Positions 56,758 through 64,000 of a DNA stretch of 64,000 nt are shown piece by piece. Origin of the DNA: Eubacteriales bacterium (GTDB lineage Bacteria > Bacillota > Clostridia > Oscillospirales > CAG-272). Made by a program: the position numbers and the translations under genes. The stretch's first letter is position 1; the number at the start of each line of letters is the position of its first letter. Under the pieces are notes generated by a model. That model was given only the letters and a program-made list of their open reading frames with translations, was not told the origin of the DNA and searched no databases. The stretch spans positions 81,823-145,822 of the forward strand of contig JAZOWN010000001.1 in the NCBI GenBank assembly GCA_045659245.1. Direction: 5' to 3'.

Positions 56758-58689
56758 TTATTTTTTAGTAGAACGCTTATGTTTTTGCGAATTTTTGTTT
56801 TGAGATTGTTTCTTAGGTTGCGCCTTGCCGTGATATTTATTTGTGTTGTTTTTTGTAATATTTTGAGTACTCTTGGACGGGCGATAATTTTTGTTTTCGG
56901 GGCGCACAAGGCACTTTTCGTCAAAGCCGATAAGATCCTCTCTGCCGAGCTTTGTCAGCGCTTCGCGCACAAGGGGCGCGTTTTCGGGACGGTTATATTG
57001 CAAAAGTGCTCGCTGAAGCTGCTTTTCGTGATAATCGGTCGCTACGTAAACGCGCTTCATTGTAAGCGGATTTATACCTGTCTTGAACATAACGGTGGAA
57101 GCCGTTCCGGGAGTAGGATAGTAATCCTGAACCTGCTCGGGTGCGTACTTATCGCGCTTTAGACAGAGTGCAAGCTCAAGTGCGTCCTTGAGTGTAGAGC
57201 CTGGGTGGCTTGACATAAGGTACGGAACGAGATACTGCTCTTTGCCGATCTCCTTGGTAAGTCGGAAATATTTTTCGCGGAAGCGCTCGTAAACACCGAA
57301 TTCCGGCTTGCCCATGCACGCAAGAACTGACGAGGAGCAATGCTCGGGAGCGACCTTAAGCTGTCCGCTTACGTTGTCCTTGACGAGCTTACGGAAGAAG
57401 GAGTCGTCCTCGTCGTGCAACAGATAATCAAAGCGAATACCCGAACGGATAAATACCTTTTTGACCTTGGGGAGCTTTTCGACTTCCTCGATAAGCTTTA
57501 CGTACTCGGTGTGGTCGGCAACAAGGTTTTTGCAGGGAGTGGGGGCGAGGCATTTTCTTGACGCGCAAACCCCGTCTTTGAGCTGCTTTTCGCAGGCAGG
57601 ATAACGGAAGTTTGCCGTTGGACCGCCAATATCGTGAATGTATCCCTTAAAATCGGGAAGCTCGGTTATCTTTTTGGCTTCCTCAACTACGCTCTCGATG
57701 CTTCTTGAACGCACCGTTCGTCCTTGGTGAAAGGCGAGCGCGCAGAAATTGCACGCACCGAAGCAACCTCGGTTATGTGTGATCGAGAATTTTACCTCTG
57801 TAATTGCGGGAACACCTCCCATTTTTTCGTATGAGGGGTGGTAATTCCGCATAAACGGCAGGGCGTAAACGCGGTCAAGCTCCTCACGCTCAAGCGGAGG
57901 CATCGGAGGATTTTGTACCAGCATTTTTCCGTCGTACATCTCACCAATTGCGCGACCGTTTATGGAATCCTGGTTTTTATACTGTATTCCGAACGCTTCG
58001 GCATATTTTTTGTCGTCGGATTTAAGCTCGTTGTAGTCAAAGGTCGCCGCAACGTCGTAGTGTATCTTGTCCTCGGGACGGCAGACGTAGACAGTACCTC
58101 TTACGTCGTGTATCTTCTTGACGGGAACGCCCTTGTCAAGCAGGCGCGCGATACGAAGAAGAATATTTTCGCCCATTCCATAGGCGAGAATATCCGCGCG
58201 GGAGTCTATAAGTATGGAGCGGCGAATGGTATCTGCCCAATAGTCGTAGTGGGCAAAACGGCGCAGAGAGGCTTCAAGCCCCCCAATGATTATCGGAACG
58301 TCGCCGTATGCTTCTCTTATTCGATTGCAATATACGATGGTCGCGCGGTCGGGACGAAGCCCTGCCTTGCCGCCGGGAGAATAGTAGTCATATGTGCGTT
58401 TTTTCTTTGCGGCGGTATAGTGCGCGACCATGGAGTCGATATTTCCCGCTGTTACGAGAAAGCCGAGGCGCGGCTTACCGAACTCGCGGAAGGAATCACA
58501 GCTTTTATAGTCGGGCTGTGAGAGGATCGCCACGCGAAAGCCGTCCGCTTCGAGGACTCGGGAAATAAGGGAAACGCCGAAACTTGGGTGGTCAACGTAT
58601 GCGTCGCCCGTGACGTAAACGAAGTCAGGGCGATCCCAGCCGCGCTCATTCATTTCCGCTTTTGTTATTGGAAGAAATCCGTGTTCCAT
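56758..58689 (-). CDS. YgiQ-family radical SAM protein with a Lys-rich C-terminal tail
   Basis: CFGACNFCAL CX3CX2C motif and a UPF0313-type N-terminus (MEHGFLPITKAEMNERGWD). Start at ATG 58689. Confidence 0.88.
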   Translation of the reverse strand: MEHGFLPITKAEMNERGWDRPDFVYVTGDAYVDHPSFGVSLISRVLEADGFRVAILSQPDYKSCDSFREFGKPRLGFLVTAGNIDSMVAHYTAAKKKRTYDYYSPGGKAGLRPDRATIVYCNRIREAYGDVPIIIGGLEASLRRFAHYDYWADTIRRSILIDSRADILAYGMGENILLRIARLLDKGVPVKKIHDVRGTVYVCRPEDKIHYDVAATFDYNELKSDDKKYAEAFGIQYKNQDSINGRAIGEMYDGKMLVQNPPMPPLEREELDRVYALPFMRNYHPSYEKMGGVPAITEVKFSITHNRGCFGACNFCALAFHQGRTVRSRSIESVVEEAKKITELPDFKGYIHDIGGPTANFRYPACEKQLKDGVCASRKCLAPTPCKNLVADHTEYVKLIEEVEKLPKVKKVFIRSGIRFDYLLHDEDDSFFRKLVKDNVSGQLKVAPEHCSSSVLACMGKPEFGVYERFREKYFRLTKEIGKEQYLVPYLMSSHPGSTLKDALELALCLKRDKYAPEQVQDYYPTPGTASTVMFKTGINPLTMKRVYVATDYHEKQLQRALLQYNRPENAPLVREALTKLGREDLIGFDEKCLVRPENKNYRPSKSTQNITKNNTNKYHGKAQPKKQSQNKNSQKHKRSTKK

Positions 58690-58724
58690 TTTTAAGTACC
58701 GCCTAACGATTGTTTTCACCGTAT

Positions 58725-58753
58725 ATTATATCATGAAAAACGCAAGTGTTCAA
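58725..58753 (-). promoter_or_regulatory. Sigma-A promoter of ygiQ
   Basis: On the minus strand: TTGAAC (58748-58753), 17 nt, TATAAT (58725-58730) with a TGa extension. Confidence 0.6.
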
Positions 58754-58783
58754 GGAAAAAATGAAATTTAAGTCGATAAACAT

Positions 58784-58824
58784 AAAAAAAGGCGTCGTGC
58801 AAAGCTTTGCGCGACGGCTTTTTT
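58784..58824. terminator. Hairpin terminator downstream of the spoVM-like ORF
   Basis: GGCGTCGTGCAAAG / CTTTGCGCGACGGC palindrome flanked by A7 and T6. Confidence 0.75.
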
Positions 58825-58825
58825 G

Positions 58826-58906
58826 CTATTTGGCTTTTCTTGCGCCGCGAAGCTTGCGCAATAGGGGATTTAAAAACGTAGGCGGACGAACGAGAACTAT
58901 CTTCAT
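58826..58906 (-). CDS. spoVM: Stage V sporulation protein M-like 26-aa peptide
   Basis: Not in the ORF track. AAAGGAGAAAAGCT-ATG, then MKIVLVRPPTFLNPLLRKLRGARKAK. It has the same length and pattern as B. subtilis SpoVM (MKFYTIKLPKFLGGIVRAMLGSFRKD, recalled from memory). A terminator follows. Confidence 0.6.
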   Translation of the reverse strand: MKIVLVRPPTFLNPLLRKLRGARKAK

Positions 58907-58934
58907 AGCTTTTCTCCTTTGAAAACTTTATAAA

Positions 58935-59096
58935 TTAGCGGCGTCTCTTGCCGAGCAGCAGTATTCCCGCTGCCGCTAAGGCTATGGCTTCAAGAAATAT
59001 AAGGATATAGGGCGGCAGTAAGAGGGAGAGAATGATACCCGCGCCAAAGCAGAGGGCGCATATTCCCACCGTCTCCGTAAGCTTTACCTTGCACAT
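58935..59096 (-). CDS. Hypothetical 53-aa membrane peptide
   Basis: GGAGG RBS 9 nt before ATG 59096. Sequence is MCKVKLTETVGICALCFGAGIILSLLLPPYILIFLEAIALAAAGILLLGKRRR. It ends 29 nt upstream of the spoVM-like ORF. Confidence 0.45.
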   Translation of the reverse strand: MCKVKLTETVGICALCFGAGIILSLLLPPYILIFLEAIALAAAGILLLGKRRR

Positions 59097-59212
59097 GCTA
59101 AAAACCTCCAAAGTAATCTCTATAAAAAGTTTATGCACACCGCTCTTTGAGCGTGAGTGTTTTTAATACTTTAAAACTTGTCTACATATATATTTATATA
59201 CGGAGGTGGGGT

Positions 59213-60325
59213 ATGATAACTTTTTGCGGTATATTGAATTATGGTGGTATCAAGAGCTTTTCGGAGCTTCAAAGAATGCGCACGGAGCGAGGTGCGGGGT
59301 GTGCGTTTATAAATGGAGAATACGCCGTGCTTTGCTATGGAGAGAGCGGAGAGCGCGCCTTTTTACAGCCCGTTACGGTAAAGCGCAATAACGCTCTTTA
59401 CACGGCTGTGATAATAGCAGACACCGATGTGTTCGGTCACGGTGAGAAATTTGCGGAATCAGTTTTGACGGGATATGTTGAAGAGGGAGAGGAATATCTC
59501 AAACGGCTTGATTTTGGCTTTTCGCTGGCACTTTACGACCAAAGGTGCGGTGAGCTGTTGCTTCTTAATGGCGGGAGCGGTGCAAAAAGCCTTTTTTATA
59601 CCGTCAGGGATGGCGGGATCTGTTTTTCGTCGTCACTTGCGTGCCTTATGCGCCTTTACGGTGGTTGCGTGCGAATAGATCGGGATGTGCTCTGCGAATA
59701 CATAAAGGGCGATCATTCACCCTTGCCGCATGGGCTGTTTAAGGATATTTTTTCTATAAAAGCAGGGCAGGGCATACTTTGCACTCGCTGGGGGATAAAC
59801 GAGGTATATATGAGTCAAGCTACGTATCCGTCAGGGCAAGATGCGGAATGTGAGGTGCTTGAGTATTCAGCCAAAACGGATATTATGGCGGCACTTACAG
59901 ATAGTCTTTTTGCCTTTGGCTATCCTCAATTTGATTTCACTGTGCCATCTATACTGCAAAGAATAAATGAAGCGCGCGCACATGGTGAGAGGAGAATATA
60001 CGTAGAGGAGATAGCACTTACCGATAACACACGGTATTTTTTAGAAAGAGCCGAAAGCTTTTACAACACGTGGGGAGTAGAGCTTGTGGGAGTGCGGAGC
60101 GATAAAAAGGCAGCAAACGCAAGGGCGCTAAGAGGTATGGACAAGGCGCTTGGCGGGTTTTTGAAGGATCTTCTTGCAGATCACGCATGTGTGTTGCATC
60201 GACTTGGGCCGGATGTTTTGGATAATGCTGAAGAAGAAAGAGATATGGCGCTGAAAATAAGAAAAAAAGCGCTACTTTGTCAGTGCGCTTTGTGGTTTGA
60301 AAAATTCAACGTGGTTCTTGTGTAA
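59213..60325 (+). CDS. Asparagine-synthase-like (class II amidotransferase-like) protein lacking the PP-loop; function unknown
   Basis: MITFCGIL N-terminus and LDFGFSLALYDQRCGELLLLNGGSGAKSLFY resemble the AsnB Ntn domain. No SGGxDS motif is present. GGAGGTGGGGT RBS. Confidence 0.5.
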   Translation: MITFCGILNYGGIKSFSELQRMRTERGAGCAFINGEYAVLCYGESGERAFLQPVTVKRNNALYTAVIIADTDVFGHGEKFAESVLTGYVEEGEEYLKRLDFGFSLALYDQRCGELLLLNGGSGAKSLFYTVRDGGICFSSSLACLMRLYGGCVRIDRDVLCEYIKGDHSPLPHGLFKDIFSIKAGQGILCTRWGINEVYMSQATYPSGQDAECEVLEYSAKTDIMAALTDSLFAFGYPQFDFTVPSILQRINEARAHGERRIYVEEIALTDNTRYFLERAESFYNTWGVELVGVRSDKKAANARALRGMDKALGGFLKDLLADHACVLHRLGPDVLDNAEEERDMALKIRKKALLCQCALWFEKFNVVLV

Positions 60326-60389
60326 AGCGGATAGTTGACTGTTATTGAGGTTATAATATTTGTAATATCGTTGCTTGACGAGGTGATCT

Positions 60390-61802
60390 ATGCAAATAAA
60401 TTTAACCGATAATTACGAAAAGAACGTGGAATTTATGCGTCAGACCTTACGCGTAAGAGAGAGCTTTGACGTCCTTGAGAAAACCTTGAAAGTCGATAAG
60501 GGAGAGCTTACTTTGTTTTTTATCGACGGCTTTGCCAAGGATACCGCAATGCAAAAGCTTATGATGCATTTTATATCTCTGAAAAAGGTTTCAGGGAGTG
60601 CGCAGGACTACATGATAAAAAATCTTCCGTATATAGAAACGGACGTGACGGACAATGTTGACACTATGATAACTGCCGTTCTGTCGGGCTGTACTCTTAT
60701 GCTTGGCTCGTCGTTCGGCAGAGAAGCGATAATCATTGATACTCGCACGTATCCCGCACGAGAAACGAGCGAGCCTGAGGGCGACAGAGTAATGCGCGGC
60801 GCGCGCGACGGCTTTGTGGAAACGCTGATTTTCAATACGGCGCTTATCCGCAGAAGAATAAGAAATCCCGCGCTTACAATGAAGTACTTTCCAATAGGTA
60901 AGGACTCGCGGACCGACGTGGTTATGTGCTACATGAGTGACAGAGCTGACTCCAAATACGTGGAGAATATTGCTGCAAAACTCAAAAATATAAAAACAGA
61001 TTCGCTGACTATGGGGCATGAGTCGCTCAAGGAATGCCTTGTAAAAACACGTTGGTATAATCCTTTTCCCAAGGTTCGTACTACGGAGCGCCCGGACGTT
61101 GCGTCAGCACAGCTTTTGGAGGGAAGTATTCTTATCGTGCTTGATAACAGCCCCGAGGTGCTGGTGCTTCCGTCCACCGTGTTCGATTTCATGCAGGAGT
61201 CAAACGACTTTTATTTTCCGCCGCTTACCGGAACTTATATTAAGCTGACGAGATATATCGTGTTCTTCCTTACGCTCGTGCTGACACCGTTGTGGTATCT
61301 TATGATACAGCACCCCGAGCTCGTGCCGTCCTTTTTATCGTTCGCCATGCCCGAAGAAACGGGAAAGCTGCCGATAATAGCACAGCTTTTGATAGTTGAG
61401 TTTATAATCGATGCTCTGCGCTTGGCTTCTCTTAACACTCCTAACATGCTCAACAACTCGCTTTCGGTGGTCGGCGGACTGATACTTGGGGATTTTGCCG
61501 TTGATATAGGCTGGCTTATACCCGAGGTTATAGTGTATATGTCGTTCGTTGCCATAGCCAACTTTACGCAAAGAAGCTACGAGCTGGGGTATGCAATTAA
61601 GTTTTTGAGGATCTTTCTGCTTGTCGCCATAGCCATAGCGGGATTTTGGGGATTCTTAGCGGGAGGTGTTATAATAATTATTCTCTTGCTGACCAATTCG
61701 ACGGTTAACGGAAAGAGAAATTATCTATATCCGTTAATTCCTTTTCACGGACACGCGCTAATTTCGCTTGTTTCCAGAGTTAAAAAGAAGGATATTGACT
61801 GA
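60390..61802 (+). CDS. GerA-family spore germination protein (GerAA/SpoVAF-like A subunit)
   Basis: 470 aa. Soluble N-terminal domain (LTLFFIDGFAKD, RTYPARETSEPEGDRVMRGARDGFVETL) and C-terminal TM helices. No adjacent B or C subunit genes. Confidence 0.8.
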   Translation: MQINLTDNYEKNVEFMRQTLRVRESFDVLEKTLKVDKGELTLFFIDGFAKDTAMQKLMMHFISLKKVSGSAQDYMIKNLPYIETDVTDNVDTMITAVLSGCTLMLGSSFGREAIIIDTRTYPARETSEPEGDRVMRGARDGFVETLIFNTALIRRRIRNPALTMKYFPIGKDSRTDVVMCYMSDRADSKYVENIAAKLKNIKTDSLTMGHESLKECLVKTRWYNPFPKVRTTERPDVASAQLLEGSILIVLDNSPEVLVLPSTVFDFMQESNDFYFPPLTGTYIKLTRYIVFFLTLVLTPLWYLMIQHPELVPSFLSFAMPEETGKLPIIAQLLIVEFIIDALRLASLNTPNMLNNSLSVVGGLILGDFAVDIGWLIPEVIVYMSFVAIANFTQRSYELGYAIKFLRIFLLVAIAIAGFWGFLAGGVIIIILLLTNSTVNGKRNYLYPLIPFHGHALISLVSRVKKKDID

Positions 61803-61808
61803 TTATTT

Positions 61809-61838
61809 GGGGGGCTTTTTAGCCCCCTTTGCTTTTGC
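61809..61838 (+). terminator. Terminator after the GerA-family gene
   Basis: GGGGGGC-ttttta-GCCCCC followed by TTTGCTTTT. Confidence 0.75.
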
Positions 61839-62035
61839 GCGCGTATATATATAATAAAAAGGAAGCTTTTTTGTGGGCGAAAAATCAAAATTCAGTCAAT
61901 AAATTAGCTGTTTTTAATGAAAAAGCTTGATAAAATTCGTGAAACTGACGGTAAAAATACGTATTTTTGTATAAAATGTATATTTATATATGATTAATTG
62001 TTGTAAAAATCTGCGAAATAACTATAAAATATCTA

Positions 62036-62064
62036 TTGAAATTTCTTCTTTTATATGATATAAT
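62036..62064 (+). promoter_or_regulatory. Consensus sigma-A promoter of the S10 operon
   Basis: TTGAAA (62036-62041), 17 nt, TATAAT (62059-62064) with a TGa extension. It sits in a very AT-rich tract, with a second weaker TTGTAA-16-TATAAA at 62001-62028. Confidence 0.7.
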
Positions 62065-62070
62065 ATCAAG

Positions 62071-62400
62071 GCTTGATGTGCGTAGAAGCGAGAGGTTGCC
62101 GCTAAAGTGACGATTTAGCGGGTAATTTTCGCGGAGTATGTCCGTTTGATCGGGCGAATGCAATCAAGGTGAACACTACCCGCTCCGGCGCGGAGTCGGG
62201 CGTTTGGCGCTCCCCGAGGTCACTTACAGATGCTGATGTGAGATGAATTCGGCTTTTTAAATGGATGCAAACAAAACGCATGGCATGGTGTTGGCTGAGA
62301 TTGCGCCCCCTGAAACGCAGTTCGTACCGAATTGCGAGTATGGTTTGTGCTTCGCAGAGTGGCACGAACAAGCGAAATCTTAAAAAGGAGGAACAAACAG
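62071..62400 (+). promoter_or_regulatory. Long structured 5' leader of rpsJ (unclassified)
   Basis: About 330 nt, GC-richer than its surroundings. Helices: 62099-62106/62114-62121; 62118-62124/62177-62183 (mutually exclusive with the first); 62183-62187/62191-62195; 62320-62328/62361-62369. A weak stem plus CUUUUU ends at 62258. Confidence 0.45.
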
Positions 62401-62712
62401 GTGGCAGTCAATGAAAAGATCAGAGTAAGACTGAAGAGCTACGATCACACACTTATCGATGCAGCAGCAGAGAAGATCGTAGAGCTCGCAAAGAGAAACG
62501 GTGCAACCGTTTCCGGTCCTATCCCGCTTCCCACTGAGAAGGAGATCGTTACTATCCTTCGCGCAGTGCATAAGTACAAGGATAGCCGCGAGCAGTTTGA
62601 AATGAGAACTCACAAGAGACTCATCGACATCATGAAGCCTTCTCAGAAGGTTGTTGATGCGCTGATGAGCGTAGAGCTTCCCGCAGGCGTTGAGATCGAG
62701 GTAAAAATCTAA
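62401..62712 (+). CDS. rpsJ: 30S ribosomal protein S10
   Basis: GTG 62401 lies 9 nt after AGGAGG. (M)[44 protein letters not shown]. Confidence 0.93.
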   Translation: MAVNEKIRVRLKSYDHTLIDAAAEKIVELAKRNGATVSGPIPLPTEKEIVTILRAVHKYKDSREQFEMRTHKRLIDIMKPSQKVVDALMSVELPAGVEIEVKI

Positions 62713-62859
62713 ATCAAGCACCCCGATTGAAACAAAACAAAGATAACAGCCGATGCGGCGCTTTATAATAATGAAAGCTCCAGCAGGTCGGTAACTTTGT
62801 AAATCATGTTGGCGCGCACCCTTATGCGTCAACCAATAATTTACAGGAGGAAAACAAAA

Positions 62860-63489
62860 ATGAAAAAGGGTATTATCGGTAAGAAGATCGGTATGACTCA
62901 GATCTTCGACGAGGTCGGAAACGTAATTCCGGTCACCGTTATTCAGGCAGGTCCGTGCGTAGTAGCACAGAAGAAGACCGTTGAAACCGACGGTTACGAC
63001 GCTGTTCAGCTTGGCTTCGCTGAAGTAAAGGAGAAGCACATGACTAAGGCTGAAAAGGGTCACTTCGCAAAAGCAGGTGTTGAAAACAAGAAGCACCTCA
63101 AAGAATTCCGTCTTGACGATGTTTCGTCTATCAACGTTGGCGACGTCATTACAGCCGATACCTTCGCCGCAGGCGACAAGGTCGACATTACAGGTATGAC
63201 AAAGGGACGTGGATATTCGGGTGTTATCAAGAGATGGAATCACCACCACCTCAGAATGACTCACGGTACAGGTCCTATCCACCGTCAGCCCGGTTCTATG
63301 GGTGTAATTGACCCCGCGAGAATCTTCAAGAACAAGAAGATGGCAGGTCAGTACGGTAACGAGCAGGTTACTGTTCTTAATCTCAAAGTTGTAAAAATCG
63401 ATTCCGAAAAGAATCTTATCGCTGTTAAGGGCGCCATTCCCGGTGCTAAGGACGGCATAGTATTCATCCGCGACTCGGTTAAAGCATAA
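62860..63489 (+). CDS. rplC: 50S ribosomal protein L3
   Basis: [33 protein letters not shown]..., preceded by an AGGAGG RBS. Confidence 0.95.
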   Translation: MKKGIIGKKIGMTQIFDEVGNVIPVTVIQAGPCVVAQKKTVETDGYDAVQLGFAEVKEKHMTKAEKGHFAKAGVENKKHLKEFRLDDVSSINVGDVITADTFAAGDKVDITGMTKGRGYSGVIKRWNHHHLRMTHGTGPIHRQPGSMGVIDPARIFKNKKMAGQYGNEQVTVLNLKVVKIDSEKNLIAVKGAIPGAKDGIVFIRDSVKA

Positions 63490-63509
63490 GCGGAAGGAGG
63501 AAATAAACA

Positions 63510-64000
63510 ATGCCAAACATTAAAGTTATGGATATGACAGGCAAAGAAGTCGGAGAAATGACTCTGTCGGACGTTATATTCGGAGCAGAAGTCAACAGTG
63601 CCGTCCTCCATGCCGCAGTAAGAGCATATCTTATGAATCAGAGACAGGGTACACAGTCCACACTTACCCGCACCGAGGTTTCGGGCGGCGGTAAGAAGCC
63701 TTGGCGCCAGAAGGGCACAGGCAGAGCACGTCAGGGCTCTACTCGCGCTCCTCAGTGGACACACGGCGGAGTTGCTCTTGGCCCGAAGCCCAGAGATTAC
63801 AGACTCGCGCTTAACAAGAAGACCAAGAGAGTTGCTCTCTTCAGCGCACTCTCCGCTAAGGTTGCAGCAGGCGAGCTCATCGTTGTAGACGAGATCAAGC
63901 TTGATGCATACAAGACCGCAGAGATGGCAAAGATGCTTGCTGCTCTCGGATGCAAGAAAGAAGTTACCAAGAACTACAAACTTACCACCGTTAAGGATGG
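63510..64000 (+). CDS. rplD: 50S ribosomal protein L4 (3' end beyond window)
   Basis: Translated by eye: [77 protein letters not shown]... Runs off the window. Confidence 0.9.
   Translation, partial: MPNIKVMDMTGKEVGEMTLSDVIFGAEVNSAVLHAAVRAYLMNQRQGTQSTLTRTEVSGGGKKPWRQKGTGRARQGSTRAPQWTHGGVALGPKPRDYRLALNKKTKRVALFSALSAKVAAGELIVVDEIKLDAYKTAEMAKMLAALGCKKEVTKNYKLTTVKD

Noticed and set aside
62261-62383. 40-codon ORF ([40 protein letters not shown]) inside the S10 leader.
   Set aside because: There is no Shine-Dalgarno sequence upstream, and it overlaps predicted RNA helices. An ORF of this length can arise by chance. It is kept only as a remote leader-peptide possibility.
62380-63516. 378-aa ORF antisense to rpsJ-rplC. 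Similar long antisense ORFs occur at 34295-35347, 31756-32715, 6341-7264, 27430-28188, 50748-51623 and 54756-55598.
   Set aside because: Each lies entirely opposite a confidently identified conserved gene. They have no RBS and give low-complexity or nonsensical translations. They are typical shadow ORFs produced by codon bias of the real gene.
1-64000. Scan for CRISPR arrays, tRNA/rRNA genes, transposases, integrases, toxin-antitoxin pairs and known defence genes.
   Set aside because: None was recognised by eye in any frame or intergenic region. The accessory-looking parts are limited to 3473-5145 and 25252-27260.

Overview
This 64-kb chromosomal window comes from a spore-forming Firmicute of the class Clostridia. 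That assignment is inferred from gene content: spoIVB, sigK, spoVAD/AE, spoVM, ytfJ, dacB-like and GerA-family genes. The window is almost fully coding and mostly housekeeping.

Main gene blocks:
- rpmH-rnpA-yidD-yidC-jag
- holA and typA
- scpA-scpB
- lysA, engB and lon
- infC-rpmI-rplT with its leader
- dprA-topA-trmFO-rnc
- the start of the S10 operon (rpsJ-rplC-rplD)
- asnS-asnA
- a PPi-type phosphofructokinase
- several MarR- or TetR-linked ABC/DMT exporters
- a stand-alone CpsC/CpsD/CpsB tyrosine-kinase module

I saw no rRNA, tRNA, CRISPR array, transposase, integrase or recognisable defence system. I cannot point to a clear-cut novel multi-gene system.

Observations most worth follow-up:
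1. A translationally coupled trio at 15917-18000. A DUF5685-type protein carries two DDxxD motifs in an isoprenoid-synthase-like context. It is followed by a J-domain protein whose tail has 10 Cys in 30 residues and ends in CC, then by a small membrane protein. This could be a ComQ/ComX-like or prenylation-type modification module, but that is speculative.
2. The membrane pyrophosphatase gene hppA (8330-10418) is decayed by two frameshifts and one nonsense codon, yet it keeps a consensus promoter and a terminator. It lies next to the intact PPi-type PFK.
3. A 118-nt compound palindrome plus a series of further hairpins fills a 520-bp convergent intergenic region (25401-25765).
4. A leader of about 330 nt with mutually exclusive helices precedes rpsJ.
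5. A 26-codon spoVM-like ORF is missing from the ORF track.
6. A visibly AT-rich two-gene insertion between spoIVB and sigK is bracketed by two copies of the same terminator hairpin.

All functional calls rest on my reading of the translations and motifs. No database search was run.
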